In this document: positions 48,203 to 60,450 of the stretch, in pieces
How positions within the stretch are numbered: position 1 is the first letter of the stretch
How the letters are laid out: the number at the start of each line of letters is the position of its first letter
Origin: Caecitellus pseudoparvulus
Taxonomy: Eukaryota > Protista > Bigyra: Bicosoecida
DNA: 64,000 bases
NCBI GenBank assembly: GCA_965644315.1
Contig: CBFFRQ010000019.1
Span: 124,001 to 188,000 of the forward strand
Reading direction: 5' to 3'
The notes under the pieces: model-generated
The model's database searches: none
What the model was told of the DNA's origin: nothing
Seen by the model: only the letters and a program-made list of their open reading frames with translations
Made by a program: the position numbers and the translations under genes

Positions 48203-51200
48203 TCAAACTCTTTGAAGAGGGGACACCACTGTTGTGGTTGGAGCACCTGAGCTGGCTTTCACTGCCTCCACCTCTGGCTTGGTCCCAAACCAACCCATAC
48301 GCCGCCCCACCACACCCAAAGCCACGATTGCCACCACAAACAGCACCACTCCAACAGCCACACCGGCGGCACCTCCAGCACTCAGCCCTCCGGACGTGGA
48401 GCTAGACGACCCACCCCCTCCTGCACCTTGCGGACGGCCTGAAGCAGCTGGCGACGCAACTGTGCTTGGAGCACTGCTTGACGTTGCTCGTGGAGGGAGA
48501 GGCTGCACAGATGATGATGCTGATGCTGACGGGGACACGGCAACAGGTGGCGATGCGGACTGTGATGGAGACACAGAGGGTGATGCAGATACAGATGCAG
48601 TTGGAGACACAGAGGGTGACGCCGATGGCGACGCTGACGGCAACGGCGCCGGCACCGTCCCCATCACATCAGTCACTCCCACGCCCCCTGTCACGACTCC
48701 GTCCCCATCACCACCCTCCACACGCGCAAGACAATCCAACCACGCCCCATGCTCCACCTCAACACCGCATGGAGCGTCGCCCCCAACTGCCACAGACTGA
48801 GACGCGTTCGCAGGGCCCACCTCCACACGCATGCGGCACGTGCCACGCCAGACGGGCGACCCCAGACGCTCCGTCAAGACATACTGCACCTTCGACGCTC
48901 GGCCCCGCAGCACCATACACGCAGACCTGCCGCCTCCACATGCACTGTGCAGCACCCGCTCAGACAATGGCACACCCTGGCCAGCGCCTGTGTACCAGGC
49001 CTGCAGCGTGTCCCTGATGGTCTGCAGGTACGCTTGTGGCGCGGCCGGGCTGCACGCCTCCTCCGTCAAGCGCACCTGCACGTACGGCAAGAGCGACCAC
49101 ACAGTGGTGGCACCAGGCGTCAACCAGCTCAAACAAGACGCCGCCTCCGCACATGCTGCCGGCGCGACCTGCACACCCCCCGCCCACGGCAAGCCCAACC
49201 CACTCCCCGACAGGGACGGCAGCTCCACACCTGGCACCTTGGCCACCCAGTGACTGGAGCGGAAGGTCACCCCCGGCACACTGCCGATCGTGCTCGTAGA
49301 TGTCGTGCCGCTCGTCATGCTCGCGCTGTCGTCCACAGCCTGCCTGTTGGGGTACAGCACGAGGCCCTCGTCGTCGTCGCCCAGGGCGTCCGTCACAGCA
49401 GACACCACCCGGTCGCAAACGCCCCCAGCCCGACCCCACACAGAGCCAGCAAACCCGCACAGCAGCGACTTCGCCTCCCGCAGCGCAGGGCTTCCCGGCA
49501 GCTCCGCCACATGCACACCTCGCAACAAGGGGAAGCTGTCGCCGTCCACTCGCACCTGCGCCGACGCCAACATGCTCCCGTACGACAACCACTTCACCCA
49601 CGCCTGCACATCGCCAGGCAGCCCAGATGCTGGAAACGTACCCACACGACTCTGGCCATGTGTAGCTGCTCCAACGTTCACCGGCGCCCCCCCCTGCGTC
49701 CACAGCTCAAGCACAGACGCCCCCCGACGCTGACGTTGGGCAGCAGCGACACACCAGTCTGGCCGCGGGCTGCACCCGAGTCCGACACTCCCAGCACGAG
49801 CTCCCCTGCGAGCTGCAGCGGCTGCTGCGTCACAGACTGTGTGCTGGGCAACAGCACCCGCACCTCCACTTGCAACGCGCCCGCTCGACTCCACCTCGAC
49901 GCAGCCTCCCGTGCAAGCTGCAACAAGGCCTTGCGCGACACGCTGGTGGAGCCTGCGATGCCCCAGCTCACGCTCGGCAGCAGGCCCACCGCCAACGGAC
50001 GCATCGCAGACCCTGCATCAGGCACGAACACCGTCCCACTCACGCCCACTTGCTGCGGACACGCTGGCCCTGCCCCCGACATGCTGTCACATGGCATCTT
50101 CGCCTGCACCTCCACCACCGGTAAACCCAAGGCACTCTGCCCCGGGCTCGCTGCCGCTGTCACGTACAGTGCGCTGGAGCTCGCATTCACCTCCGGCGCT
50201 TGCAACTCCTGCATGGTGCCTCGCAGCCCCGCCGCAACGATGATCGCGCCAGCGGTGCTGTCCAGCAGCAAACTCGCCTGCAGCAGCAGTGGCCGCAGTG
50301 GCAGCGTGGCAGTCAGGTGGTTGTATGGCAGCAGCGGCAGCACAGGGTACTTGAACGCGTCCACACGCACCATGGGCTTCGACGGCGCGTCCCACGACAC
50401 CGAATCGCGTGTGCCGCCTGCCACCACCTGCCCAACACACATGGAGCCAAACGACACGCCGGTCGCGTTACAGTCCGCCGGCATGGCGCCAGGTGCACAG
50501 GCGCCCCGCATGGCCACCAAGACAGACCCCGATGGCGTGCACAATGGCTTCTGGAAGTACTCGCCGATGCAAGCGCTGTGGAAGTTGGGCCACAACAACG
50601 CTGCGCCGTTGCCTGTCCGGCGGTTGGCGATGTACGTTGCCAGTGGAGTCGCGTCAAACACCGGCCCCAGACCAGACACAGCCAGCCACGGCACCCACAT
50701 GTTGTCAAAAGGGTTCACCGTTGGTGGCAGCTCCGCGGGCGTGCGGTACTTCTGCTGCTTCGCAAGCACCTTCACCTCACCGTCACTGGCGCCTGCATGT
50801 GCCAAGTGCTCCTGAATCGCCAACCGCAACGCAGCTGCAGGCGGCATCGTCGGCTCTGTGGAATTCTTCACGCGCTTCCACAGCCACTCGGCAGTGGCTT
50901 CTGCAGCGCCACCAGCATCGGACGCCTGCACCGACACGCCGTTCTGCGACACCGCCTCCTGCAAACCGCCCGCATCCAACTCGCCCTCACCACGCACGGC
51001 CAGGATCACAGCGCCACCATTCCGCACATCCGCCACATCAACACTCAGGCTGATGTTCGCCAGCACACTGCGAGCACGGGGCAGTGCGTACATGGACGAG
51101 ACCCAGTCGCCCATGGAGGCGGGGACCTCGTTGAACCTGAAGTAGTTGCGCCACGGGGCGTTGCGCGTCATCCACCAGTCCGATGTCGGGCAGTACCCGC

Positions 51201-54126
51201 CATACTTGAAACGGTCGGGGAGGTTCATGTACGTCCACTTCGAGTAAACACGGTCCGTCCAAGGGAGGGTCACAAACCCCGACTCCCCAGATGTACCCAC
51301 AGACGTGCCTTCAGTGCTGAACGAGTATGACGTGGAGTCCTTAGACCATGTGTCCGGGCCGTACCGCTGAATGCGGCGGGCGTTCCGCGCGTGCCTCACG
51401 AAGCGGGGCGGCCCCCCCACCTCCTCATCACTGCGCGCGAGGGCCGCGTCCACAGCATTGCTCAGCGCAGCTGACGCAGCGAGGCCCTCCGTGACAGCGG
51501 CAAGGGCGTTGTTCACCAAGGCCGTCGCGTTCACTGAAATGCCCACATGCACCCTGTCCGTCACAGTCACGGTGGCAGAGGCGTCCACACCCACAATCCT
51601 GCGACTGTCTCCATCAGACGCCCACACACATGCTGCCCCTGAGCCGCCCGACTCCGCTGACCCCACAGGGTGCATGCAAAGGCTCAGCTGCCCTGCCCAC
51701 TCCCCTGCGAGGTCCAAACCAAACGCCGATGCCGCAGATGGCAGGTCATACACCTCATCCATCGACCACTCAGCGGTCAGCACGCCATCACGGCTGGCAG
51801 AGGGCAAACCCTCCTCCGTACGGCGCTTGCCTGGCTCGCCGAACGCTGACCCACTCAGGAATGCAGCGCTGCTGGCGTAGTTCAGCAGCTTCAACATGTT
51901 CCATGCGCCGTAGCCATACACCGGAGTGTACTGGCTGGTCAATGTCTGCTCGTCCCACCCCGACAGCCACTGCACACCCTCGTCAAAGCCCGTCGGCACC
52001 ATGTTGTCAGGCACGTCAGGCAGGATGGTGGTGTTGTGTGCGTATGGCCAGGCACACAGCTGCGTGCCGATGAAGCTCGCTGGGCCCGTGCCGGGTGTGT
52101 CACGTTCAGTCTGCACCCACCAGTCTCGGCCCGAAGCGGTCAAGCCGAGGTTCCCCTCCTTGTCGCACACGCGCACAGGCAGCGAGCCGACCGTGAAGGT
52201 GTCCAAGACGCCTTGCTCGTCGCTGTAGCTCCACGCCAAGTCGTTGTTGATTGCCATGATGGGCTGCACCACCACTGCCAGGTTCCGAACATGCCACAAA
52301 GGCAACAACAACGGCGCCACAGGTGTCGCCGCCCGCGCCAGCCGGATGTCAGAGCTGGACACTGCCACCGCTGCGCTCTGCAACCCCGTCACAGCTGTCG
52401 CTCGGAACTCCGCCGACATGCTGGGCGACGCCACTGCATCATATGCATGCTGTCCACACACGCTCGCCAAGGTCATGTTCACCAGCAGCTCCACTCTGAT
52501 GATGGGTGTGCCGCGCGGAATGCTCACAGTCACTCCACGCAGCCCGCAGTCCAACACCGTCGACTCGCTGCCGCCGCCGCCGCCGGACAGTGTGAGGTTG
52601 GTGGAAATGCCACTGGCAGGGAACACCACACCGTAGTCACTGGGCCGACGGTCATCTGTGTCCAACTCTACCTTCACTGTTGCCAAATCGGGCTGTGTGG
52701 CGGGATACGGCGTCTCCACACTCACACTGCGCAGCCCAGCCATCTGCACACGAGGACGTGTGACGCGGCTCAGCGCCCGACCTGCGCCAGCAGGCAGCAT
52801 ATCCTCTGGCAAGGTCGCAGTACTCAACAGTGGGACCCACGCAAGGGAAGGCAGTGAGCTCACCATCAACACCGCAGGAGACTGTGCCACCCACAGCATC
52901 GTGCTCGGGGACCGAAGTGACGCCAACAGGCGCTGCACTGATGCGTGCATGCTGGCCTCCACGTCGTCCATCGCGTCCTCTGACGCCTGCGATGCTGCAG
53001 GCAGCAGTGCACTCCAGTCCGGCGCATCGTGGGTGTCAGGGCTCAGCATGTGCAAGGCAGCCGCGCCAACAGCCTCCAGAGCCGAAGGCTGCACCGCCGC
53101 GCGGGCAGCATCACCCATCGACCGTGTCACTGCCACAGCCACGGTGTCCTTTACCGATGGATCCACCCAATAGATGGATGCATCGACGCTTGCTGGAGCT
53201 GTGGGGCCAACCCACGACACTCCGCGCAACTGACAAGCTGCTTCAGCCGTCGACATGGAAGGGACTGCCTGCTCAGACCCAGCCTCGCGGTCCGCCAACA
53301 ACAGCATCACGTCAGACTGCACAGTCACAGACACTGCAGGGTGCAGGTCAAACACGCCGCCAACCATGTCCTGCAGAGCTGGCAACTGTGTGCTGGGCCA
53401 CGCAAGGGGTTGCCGACCCTGCGAACTTGTCGCGGCAGTGGATGTCCCAACGCCCTCCACGACCTCAGACCCGGTACCGCCAGACGACGCAGGCGCAGGT
53501 GCGCTGCTGCCTGCGTCGGCATCGCCGTCGTCCATCACCACAGTGACTGGCGCTGTGCCTCGGGCGCTGCTGGGGTCCAACACGAAGGACACCTCATGCG
53601 TACCCACACGAAGGCCCCACAGCCGCAGTGCAACGGAACACACCACCTGCGCGCCCTGCCCAGCGCCTGCATCACCCAGTGACATCGTCACTGTGCCTGA
53701 CCATGATGATGTCGGGGACGCCGCAGAGCATGTCCCTGCACCACGCTTCACCTCCCCGGCAAGTGCCTCCGCCTGCGCGCCTTCGTGCCGCACGCGGCAA
53801 CTTGTCGGGCACGCACTCCACGCAACGCCATGCACGTCCAGCGTCAGGGAAGCGTTCAGCTTCGCCTGCACATGGCCGGGGACGGAGTTCTCTGCTGCCC
53901 ACGAGCTCACATGCAAGTCCGCTGAGTGCAGCGTTGGGGAGCCAGCTGGTGCCAAGCCCTGCAGCTCCAGAGCCAGGCCCACCAACCCTGCCAGCACAGG
54001 CAGCGCCACCAGGAGCCAGCGGGTGTGGCTGCTTGGCTTGGTGGTGGCTTGGTTGAGTCTTTGTTTGTCTTTGCGGGTGTTGGCTGGGGTCGGGGGCGCA
54101 GGGGCGCCTTGCTGTGGGCTCTCCAT
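48203..54126 (-). pseudogene. Giant membrane glycoprotein, copy C; 1-bp deletion in a G-tract gives a 1482-aa product without the C-terminal TM (or a sequencing error)
   Basis: The C-run at 49720-49725 is 6 nt versus 7 nt in copies A and B. The ORF is split into 54126-49678 plus a downstream frame ending at 48203. Confidence 0.7.
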
Positions 54127-54526
54127 GGTCCGGGTGCAAAGTTCGGAACTTCACTTGCTGCAAAGGAGAGGAGATGGGGATAGCAGCCTGTCCCTTAGTC
54201 AGAGAGTTGAGAATGGTCCAAGGAGATATGTTGGACCAGAAGAAGTATCGTGAATTGGTATTGTCTTGACGAATGCTTTTATTTCGAGGGAGTGGTTGCC
54301 AGGGAGAATTACTTGCGCCGCTCGAACTTTTCCCTGACAAGGCTCAAGCTGTACCTGGCACTCGGAAGGAACTGAAACAGGCACCGCTAAAGGCACACAC
54401 CTCAAGAATCCTCAAGGACACGTACACTTTTAGCTAGGGAACCTCAGCTAGATCAGCTGCATAGAGCAGCACTTCCTTGTTGTACAAGAAAAGACCACGC
54501 CGCTTTGCACGCACTGCATTGAAGGC

Positions 54527-57500
54527 TCAAACTCTTTGAAGAGGGGACACCACTGTTGTGGTTGGAGCACCTGAGCTGGCTTTCACTGCCTCCACCTCTG
54601 GCTTGGTCCCAAACCAACCCATACGCCGCCCCACCACACCCAAAGCCACGATTGCCACCACAAACAGCACCACTCCAACAGCCACACCGGCGGCACCTCC
54701 AGCACTCAGCCCTCCGGACGTGGAGCTAGACGACCCACCCCCTCCTGCACCTTGCGGACGGCCTGAAGCAGCTGGCGACGCAACTGTGCTTGGAGCACTG
54801 CTTGACGTTGCTCGTGGAGGGAGAGGCTGCACAGATGATGATGCTGATGCTGACGGGGACACGGCAACAGGTGGCGATGCGGACTGTGATGGAGACACAG
54901 AGGGTGATGCAGATACAGATGCAGTTGGAGACACAGAGGGTGACGCCGATGGCGACGCTGACGGCAACGGCGCCGGCACCGTCCCCATCATATCAGTCAC
55001 TCCCACGCCCCCTGTCACGACTCCGTCCCCATCACCACCCTCCACACGCGCAAGACAATCCAACCACGCCCCATGCTCCACCTCAACACCGCATGGAGCG
55101 TCGCCCCCAACTGCCACAGACTGAGACGCGTTCGCAGGGCCCACCTCCACACGCATGCGGCACGTGCCACGCCAGACGGGCGACCCCAGACGCTCCGTCA
55201 AGACATACTGCACCTTCGACGCTCGGCCCCGCAGCACCATACACGCAGACCTGCCGCCTCCACATGCACTGTGCAGCACCCGCTCAGACAATGGCACACC
55301 CTGGCCAGCGCCTGTGTACCAGGCCTGCAGCGTGTCCCTGATGGTCTGCAGGTACGCTTGTGGCGCGGCCGGGCTGCACGCCTCCTCCGTCAAGCGCACC
55401 TGCACGTACGGCAAGAGCGACCACACAGTGGTGGCACCAGGCGTCAACCAGCTCAAACAAGACGCCGCCTCCGCACATGCTGCCGGCGCGACCTGCACAC
55501 CCCCCGCCCACGGCAAGCCCAACCCACTCCCCGACAGGGACGGCAGCTCCACACCTGGCACCTTGGCCACCCAGTGACTGGAGCGGAAGGTCACCCCCGG
55601 CACACTGCCGATCGTGCTCGTAGATGTCGTGCCGCTCGTCATGCTCGCGCTGTCGTCCACAGCCTGCCTGTTGGGGTACAGCACGAGGCCCTCGTCGTCG
55701 TCGCCCAGGGCGTCCGTCACAGCAGACACCACCCGGTCGCAAACGCCCCCAGCCCGACCCCACACAGAGCCAGCAAACCCGCACAGCAGCGACTTCGCCT
55801 CCCGCAGCGCAGGGCTTCCCGGCAGCTCCGCCACATGCACACCTCGCAACAAGGGGAAGCTGTCGCCGTCCACTCGCACCTGCGCCGACGCCAACATGCT
55901 CCCGTACGACAACCACTTCACCCACGCCTGCACATCGCCAGGCAGCCCAGATGCTGGAAACGTACCCACACGACTCTGGCCATGTGTAGCTGCTCCAACG
56001 TTCACCGGCGCCCCCCCCTGCGTCCACAGCTCAAGCACAGACGCCCCCCGACGCTGACGTTGGGCAGCAGCGACACACCAGTCTGGCCGCGGGCTGCACC
56101 CGAGTCCGACACTCCCAGCACGAGCTCCCCTGCGAGCTGCAGCGGCTGCTGCGTCACAGACTGTGTGCTGGGCAACAGCACCCGCACCTCCACTTGCAAC
56201 GCGCCCGCTCGACTCCACCTCGACGCAGCCTCCCGTGCAAGCTGCAACAAGGCCTTGCGCGACACGCTGGTGGAGCCTGCGATGCCCCAGCTCACGCTCG
56301 GCAGCAGGCCCACCGCCAACGGACGCATCGCAGACCCTGCATCAGGCACGAACACCGTCCCACTCACGCCCACTTGCTGCGGACACGCTGGCCCTGCCCC
56401 CGACATGCTGTCACATGGCATCTTCGCCTGCACCTCCACCACCGGTAAACCCAAGGCACTCTGCCCCGGGCTCGCTGCCGCTGTCACGTACAGTGCGCTG
56501 GAGCTCGCATTCACCTCCGGCGCTTGCAACTCCTGCATGGTGCCTCGCAGCCCCGCCGCAACGATGATCGCGCCAGCGGTGCTGTCCAGCAGCAAACTCG
56601 CCTGCAGCAGCAGTGGCCGCAGTGGCAGCGTGGCAGTCAGGTGGTTGTATGGCAGCAGCGGCAGCACAGGGTACTTGAACGCGTCCACACGCACCATGGG
56701 CTTCGACGGCGCGTCCCACGACACCGAATCGCGTGTGCCGCCTGCCACCACCTGCCCAACACACATGGAGCCAAACGACACGCCGGTCGCGTTACAGTCC
56801 GCCGGCATGGCGCCAGGTGCACAGGCGCCCCGCATGGCCACCAAGACAGACCCCGATGGCGTGCACAATGGCTTCTGGAAGTACTCGCCGATGCAAGCGC
56901 TGTGGAAGTTGGGCCACAACAACGCTGCGCCGTTGCCTGTCCGGCGGTTGGCGATGTACGTTGCCAGTGGAGTCGCGTCAAACACCGGCCCCAGACCAGA
57001 CACAGCCAGCCACGGCACCCACATGTTGTCAAAAGGGTTCACCGTTGGTGGCAGCTCCGCGGGCGTGCGGTACTTCTGCTGCTTCGCAAGCACCTTCACC
57101 TCACCGTCACTGGCGCCTGCATGTGCCAAGTGCTCCTGAATCGCCAACCGCAACGCAGCTGCAGGCGGCATCGTCGGCTCTGTGGAATTCTTCACGCGCT
57201 TCCACAGCCACTCGGCAGTGGCTTCTGCAGCGCCACCAGCATCGGACGCCTGCACCGACACGCCGTTCTGCGACACCGCCTCCTGCAAACCGCCCGCATC
57301 CAACTCGCCCTCACCACGCACGGCCAGGATCACAGCGCCACCATTCCGCACATCCGCCACATCAACACTCAGGCTGATGTTCGCCAGCACACTGCGAGCA
57401 CGGGGCAGTGCGTACATGGACGAGACCCAGTCGCCCATGGAGGCGGGGACCTCGTTGAACCTGAAGTAGTTGCGCCACGGGGCGTTGCGCGTCATCCACC

Positions 57501-60450
57501 AGTCCGATGTCGGGCAGTACCCGCCATACTTGAAACGGTCGGGGAGGTTCATGTACGTCCACTTCGAGTAAACACGGTCCGTCCAAGGGAGGGTCACAAA
57601 CCCCGACTCCCCAGATGTACCCACAGACGTGCCTTCAGTGCTGAACGAGTATGACGTGGAGTCCTTAGACCATGTGTCCGGGCCGTACCGCTGAATGCGG
57701 CGGGCGTTCCGCGCGTGCCTCACGAAGCGGGGCGGCCCCCCCACCTCCTCATCACTGCGCGCGAGGGCCGCGTCCACAGCATTGCTCAGCGCAGCTGACG
57801 CAGCGAGGCCCTCCGTGACAGCGGCAAGGGCGTTGTTCACCAAGGCCGTCGCGTTCACTGAAATGCCCACATGCACCCTGTCCGTCACAGTCACGGTGGC
57901 AGAGGCGTCCACACCCACAATCCTGCGACTGTCTCCATCAGACGCCCACACACATGCTGCCCCTGAGCCGCCCGACTCCGCTGACCCCACAGGGTGCATG
58001 CAAAGGCTCAGCTGCCCTGCCCACTCCCCTGCGAGGTCCAAACCAAACGCCGATGCCGCAGATGGCAGGTCATACACCTCATCCATCGACCACTCAGCGG
58101 TCAGCACGCCATCACGGCTGGCAGAGGGCAAACCCTCCTCCGTACGGCGCTTGCCTGGCTCGCCGAACGCTGACCCACTCAGGAATGCAGCGCTGCTGGC
58201 GTAGTTCAGCAGCTTCAACATGTTCCATGCGCCGTAGCCATACACTGGAGTGTACTGGCTGGTCAATGTCTGCTCGTCCCACCCCGACAGCCACTGCACA
58301 CCCTCGTCAAAGCCCGTCGGCACCATGTTGTCAGGCACGTCAGGCAGGATGGTGGTGTTGTGTGCGTATGGCCAGGCACACAGCTGCGTGCCGATGAAGC
58401 TCGCTGGGCCCGTGCCGGGTGTGTCACGTTCAGTCTGCACCCACCAGTCTCGGCCCGAAGCGGTCAAGCCGAGGTTCCCCTCCTTGTCGCACACGCGCAC
58501 AGGCAGCGAGCCGACCGTGAAGGTGTCCAAGACGCCTTGCTCGTCGCTGTAGCTCCACGCCAAGTCGTTGTTGATTGCCATGATGGGCTGCACCACCACT
58601 GCCAGGTTCCGAACATGCCACAAAGGCAACAACAACGGCGCCACAGGTGTCGCCGCCCGCGCCAGCCGGATGTCAGAGCTGGACACTGCCACCGCTGCGC
58701 TCTGCAACCCCGTCACAGCTGTCGCTCGGAACTCCGCCGACATGCTGGGCGACGCCACTGCATCATATGCATGCTGTCCACACACGCTCGCCAAGGTCAT
58801 GTTCACCAGCAGCTCCACTCTGATGATGGGTGTGCCGCGCGGAATGCTCACAGTCACTCCACGCAGCCCGCAGTCCAACACCGTCGACTCGCTGCCGCCG
58901 CCGCCGCCGGACAGTGTGAGGTTGGTGGAAATGCCACTGGCAGGGAACACCACACCGTAGTCACTGGGCCGACGGTCATCTGTGTCCAACTCTACCTTCA
59001 CTGTTGCCAAATCGGGCTGTGTGGCGGGATACGGCGTCTCCACACTCACACTGCGCAGCCCAGCCATCTGCACACGAGGACGTGTGACGCGGCTCAGCGC
59101 CCGACCTGCGCCAGCAGGCAGCATATCCTCTGGCAAGGTCGCAGTACTCAACAGTGGGACCCACGCAAGGGAAGGCAGTGAGCTCACCATCAACACCGCA
59201 GGAGACTGTGCCACCCACAGCATCGTGCTCGGGGACCGAAGTGACGCCAACAGGCGCTGCACTGATGCGTGCATGCTGGCCTCCACGTCGTCCATCGCGT
59301 CCTCTGACGCCTGCGATGCTGCAGGCAGCAGTGCACTCCAGTCCGGCGCATCGTGGGTGTCAGGGCTCAGCATGTGCAAGGCAGCCGCGCCAACAGCCTC
59401 CAGAGCCGAAGGCTGCACCGCCGCGCGGGCAGCATCACCCATCGACCGTGTCACTGCCACAGCCACGGTGTCCTTTACTTGCGAAAAAATCCAGTGCATG
59501 GATGCATCGACGCTTGCTGGAGCTGTGGGGCCAACCCACGACACTCCGCGCAACTGACAAGCTGCTTCAGCCGTCGACATGGAAGGGACTGCCTGCTCAG
59601 ACCCAGCCTCGCGGTCCGCCAACAACAGCATCACGTCAGACTGCACAGTCACAGACACTGCAGGGTGCAGGTCAAACACGCCGCCAACCATGTCCTGCAG
59701 CGCTGGCAACTGTGCGCTGGGCCACGCAAGGGGTTGCCGACCCTGCGAACTTGTCGCGGCAGTGGATGTCCCAACGCCCTCCACGACCTCAGACCCGGTA
59801 CCGCCAGACGACGCAGGCGCAGGTGCGCTGCTGCCTGCGTCGGCATCGCCGTCGTCCATCACCACAGTGACTGGCGCTGTGCCTCGGGCGCTGCTGGGGT
59901 CCAACACGAAGGACACCTCATGCGTACCCACACGAAGGCCCCACAGCCGCAGTGCAACGGAACACACCACCTGCGCGCCCTGCCCAGCGCCTGCATCACC
60001 CAGTGACATCGTCACTGTGCCTGACCATGATGATGTCGGGGACGCCGCAGAGCATGTCCCTGCACCACGCTTCACCTCCCCGGCAAGTGCCTCCGCCTGC
60101 GCGCCTTCGTGCCGCACGCGGCAACTTGTCGGGCACGCACTCCACGCAACGCCATGCACGTCCAGCGTCAGGGAAGCGTTCAGCTTCGCCTGCACATGGC
60201 CGGGGACGGAGTTCTCTGCTGCCCACGAGCTCACATGCAAGTCCGCTGAGTGCAGCGTTGGGGAGCCAGCTGGTGCCAAGCCCTGCAGCTCCAGAGCCAG
60301 GCCCACCAACCCTGCCAGCACAGGCAGCGCCACCAGGAGCCAGCGGGTGTGACTGCTTGGCTTGGTGGTGGCTTGGTTGAGTCTTTGTTTGTCTTTGCGG
60401 GTGTTGGCTGGGGTCGGGGGCGCAGGGGCGCCTTGCTGTGGGCTCTCCAT
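54527..60450 (-). pseudogene. Giant membrane glycoprotein, copy D; same G-tract frameshift, variant patch MHWIFSQ and unique upstream region
   Basis: The C-run at 56044-56049 is 6 nt. The ORF is split into 60450-56002 plus a downstream frame ending at 54527. Confidence 0.7.
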
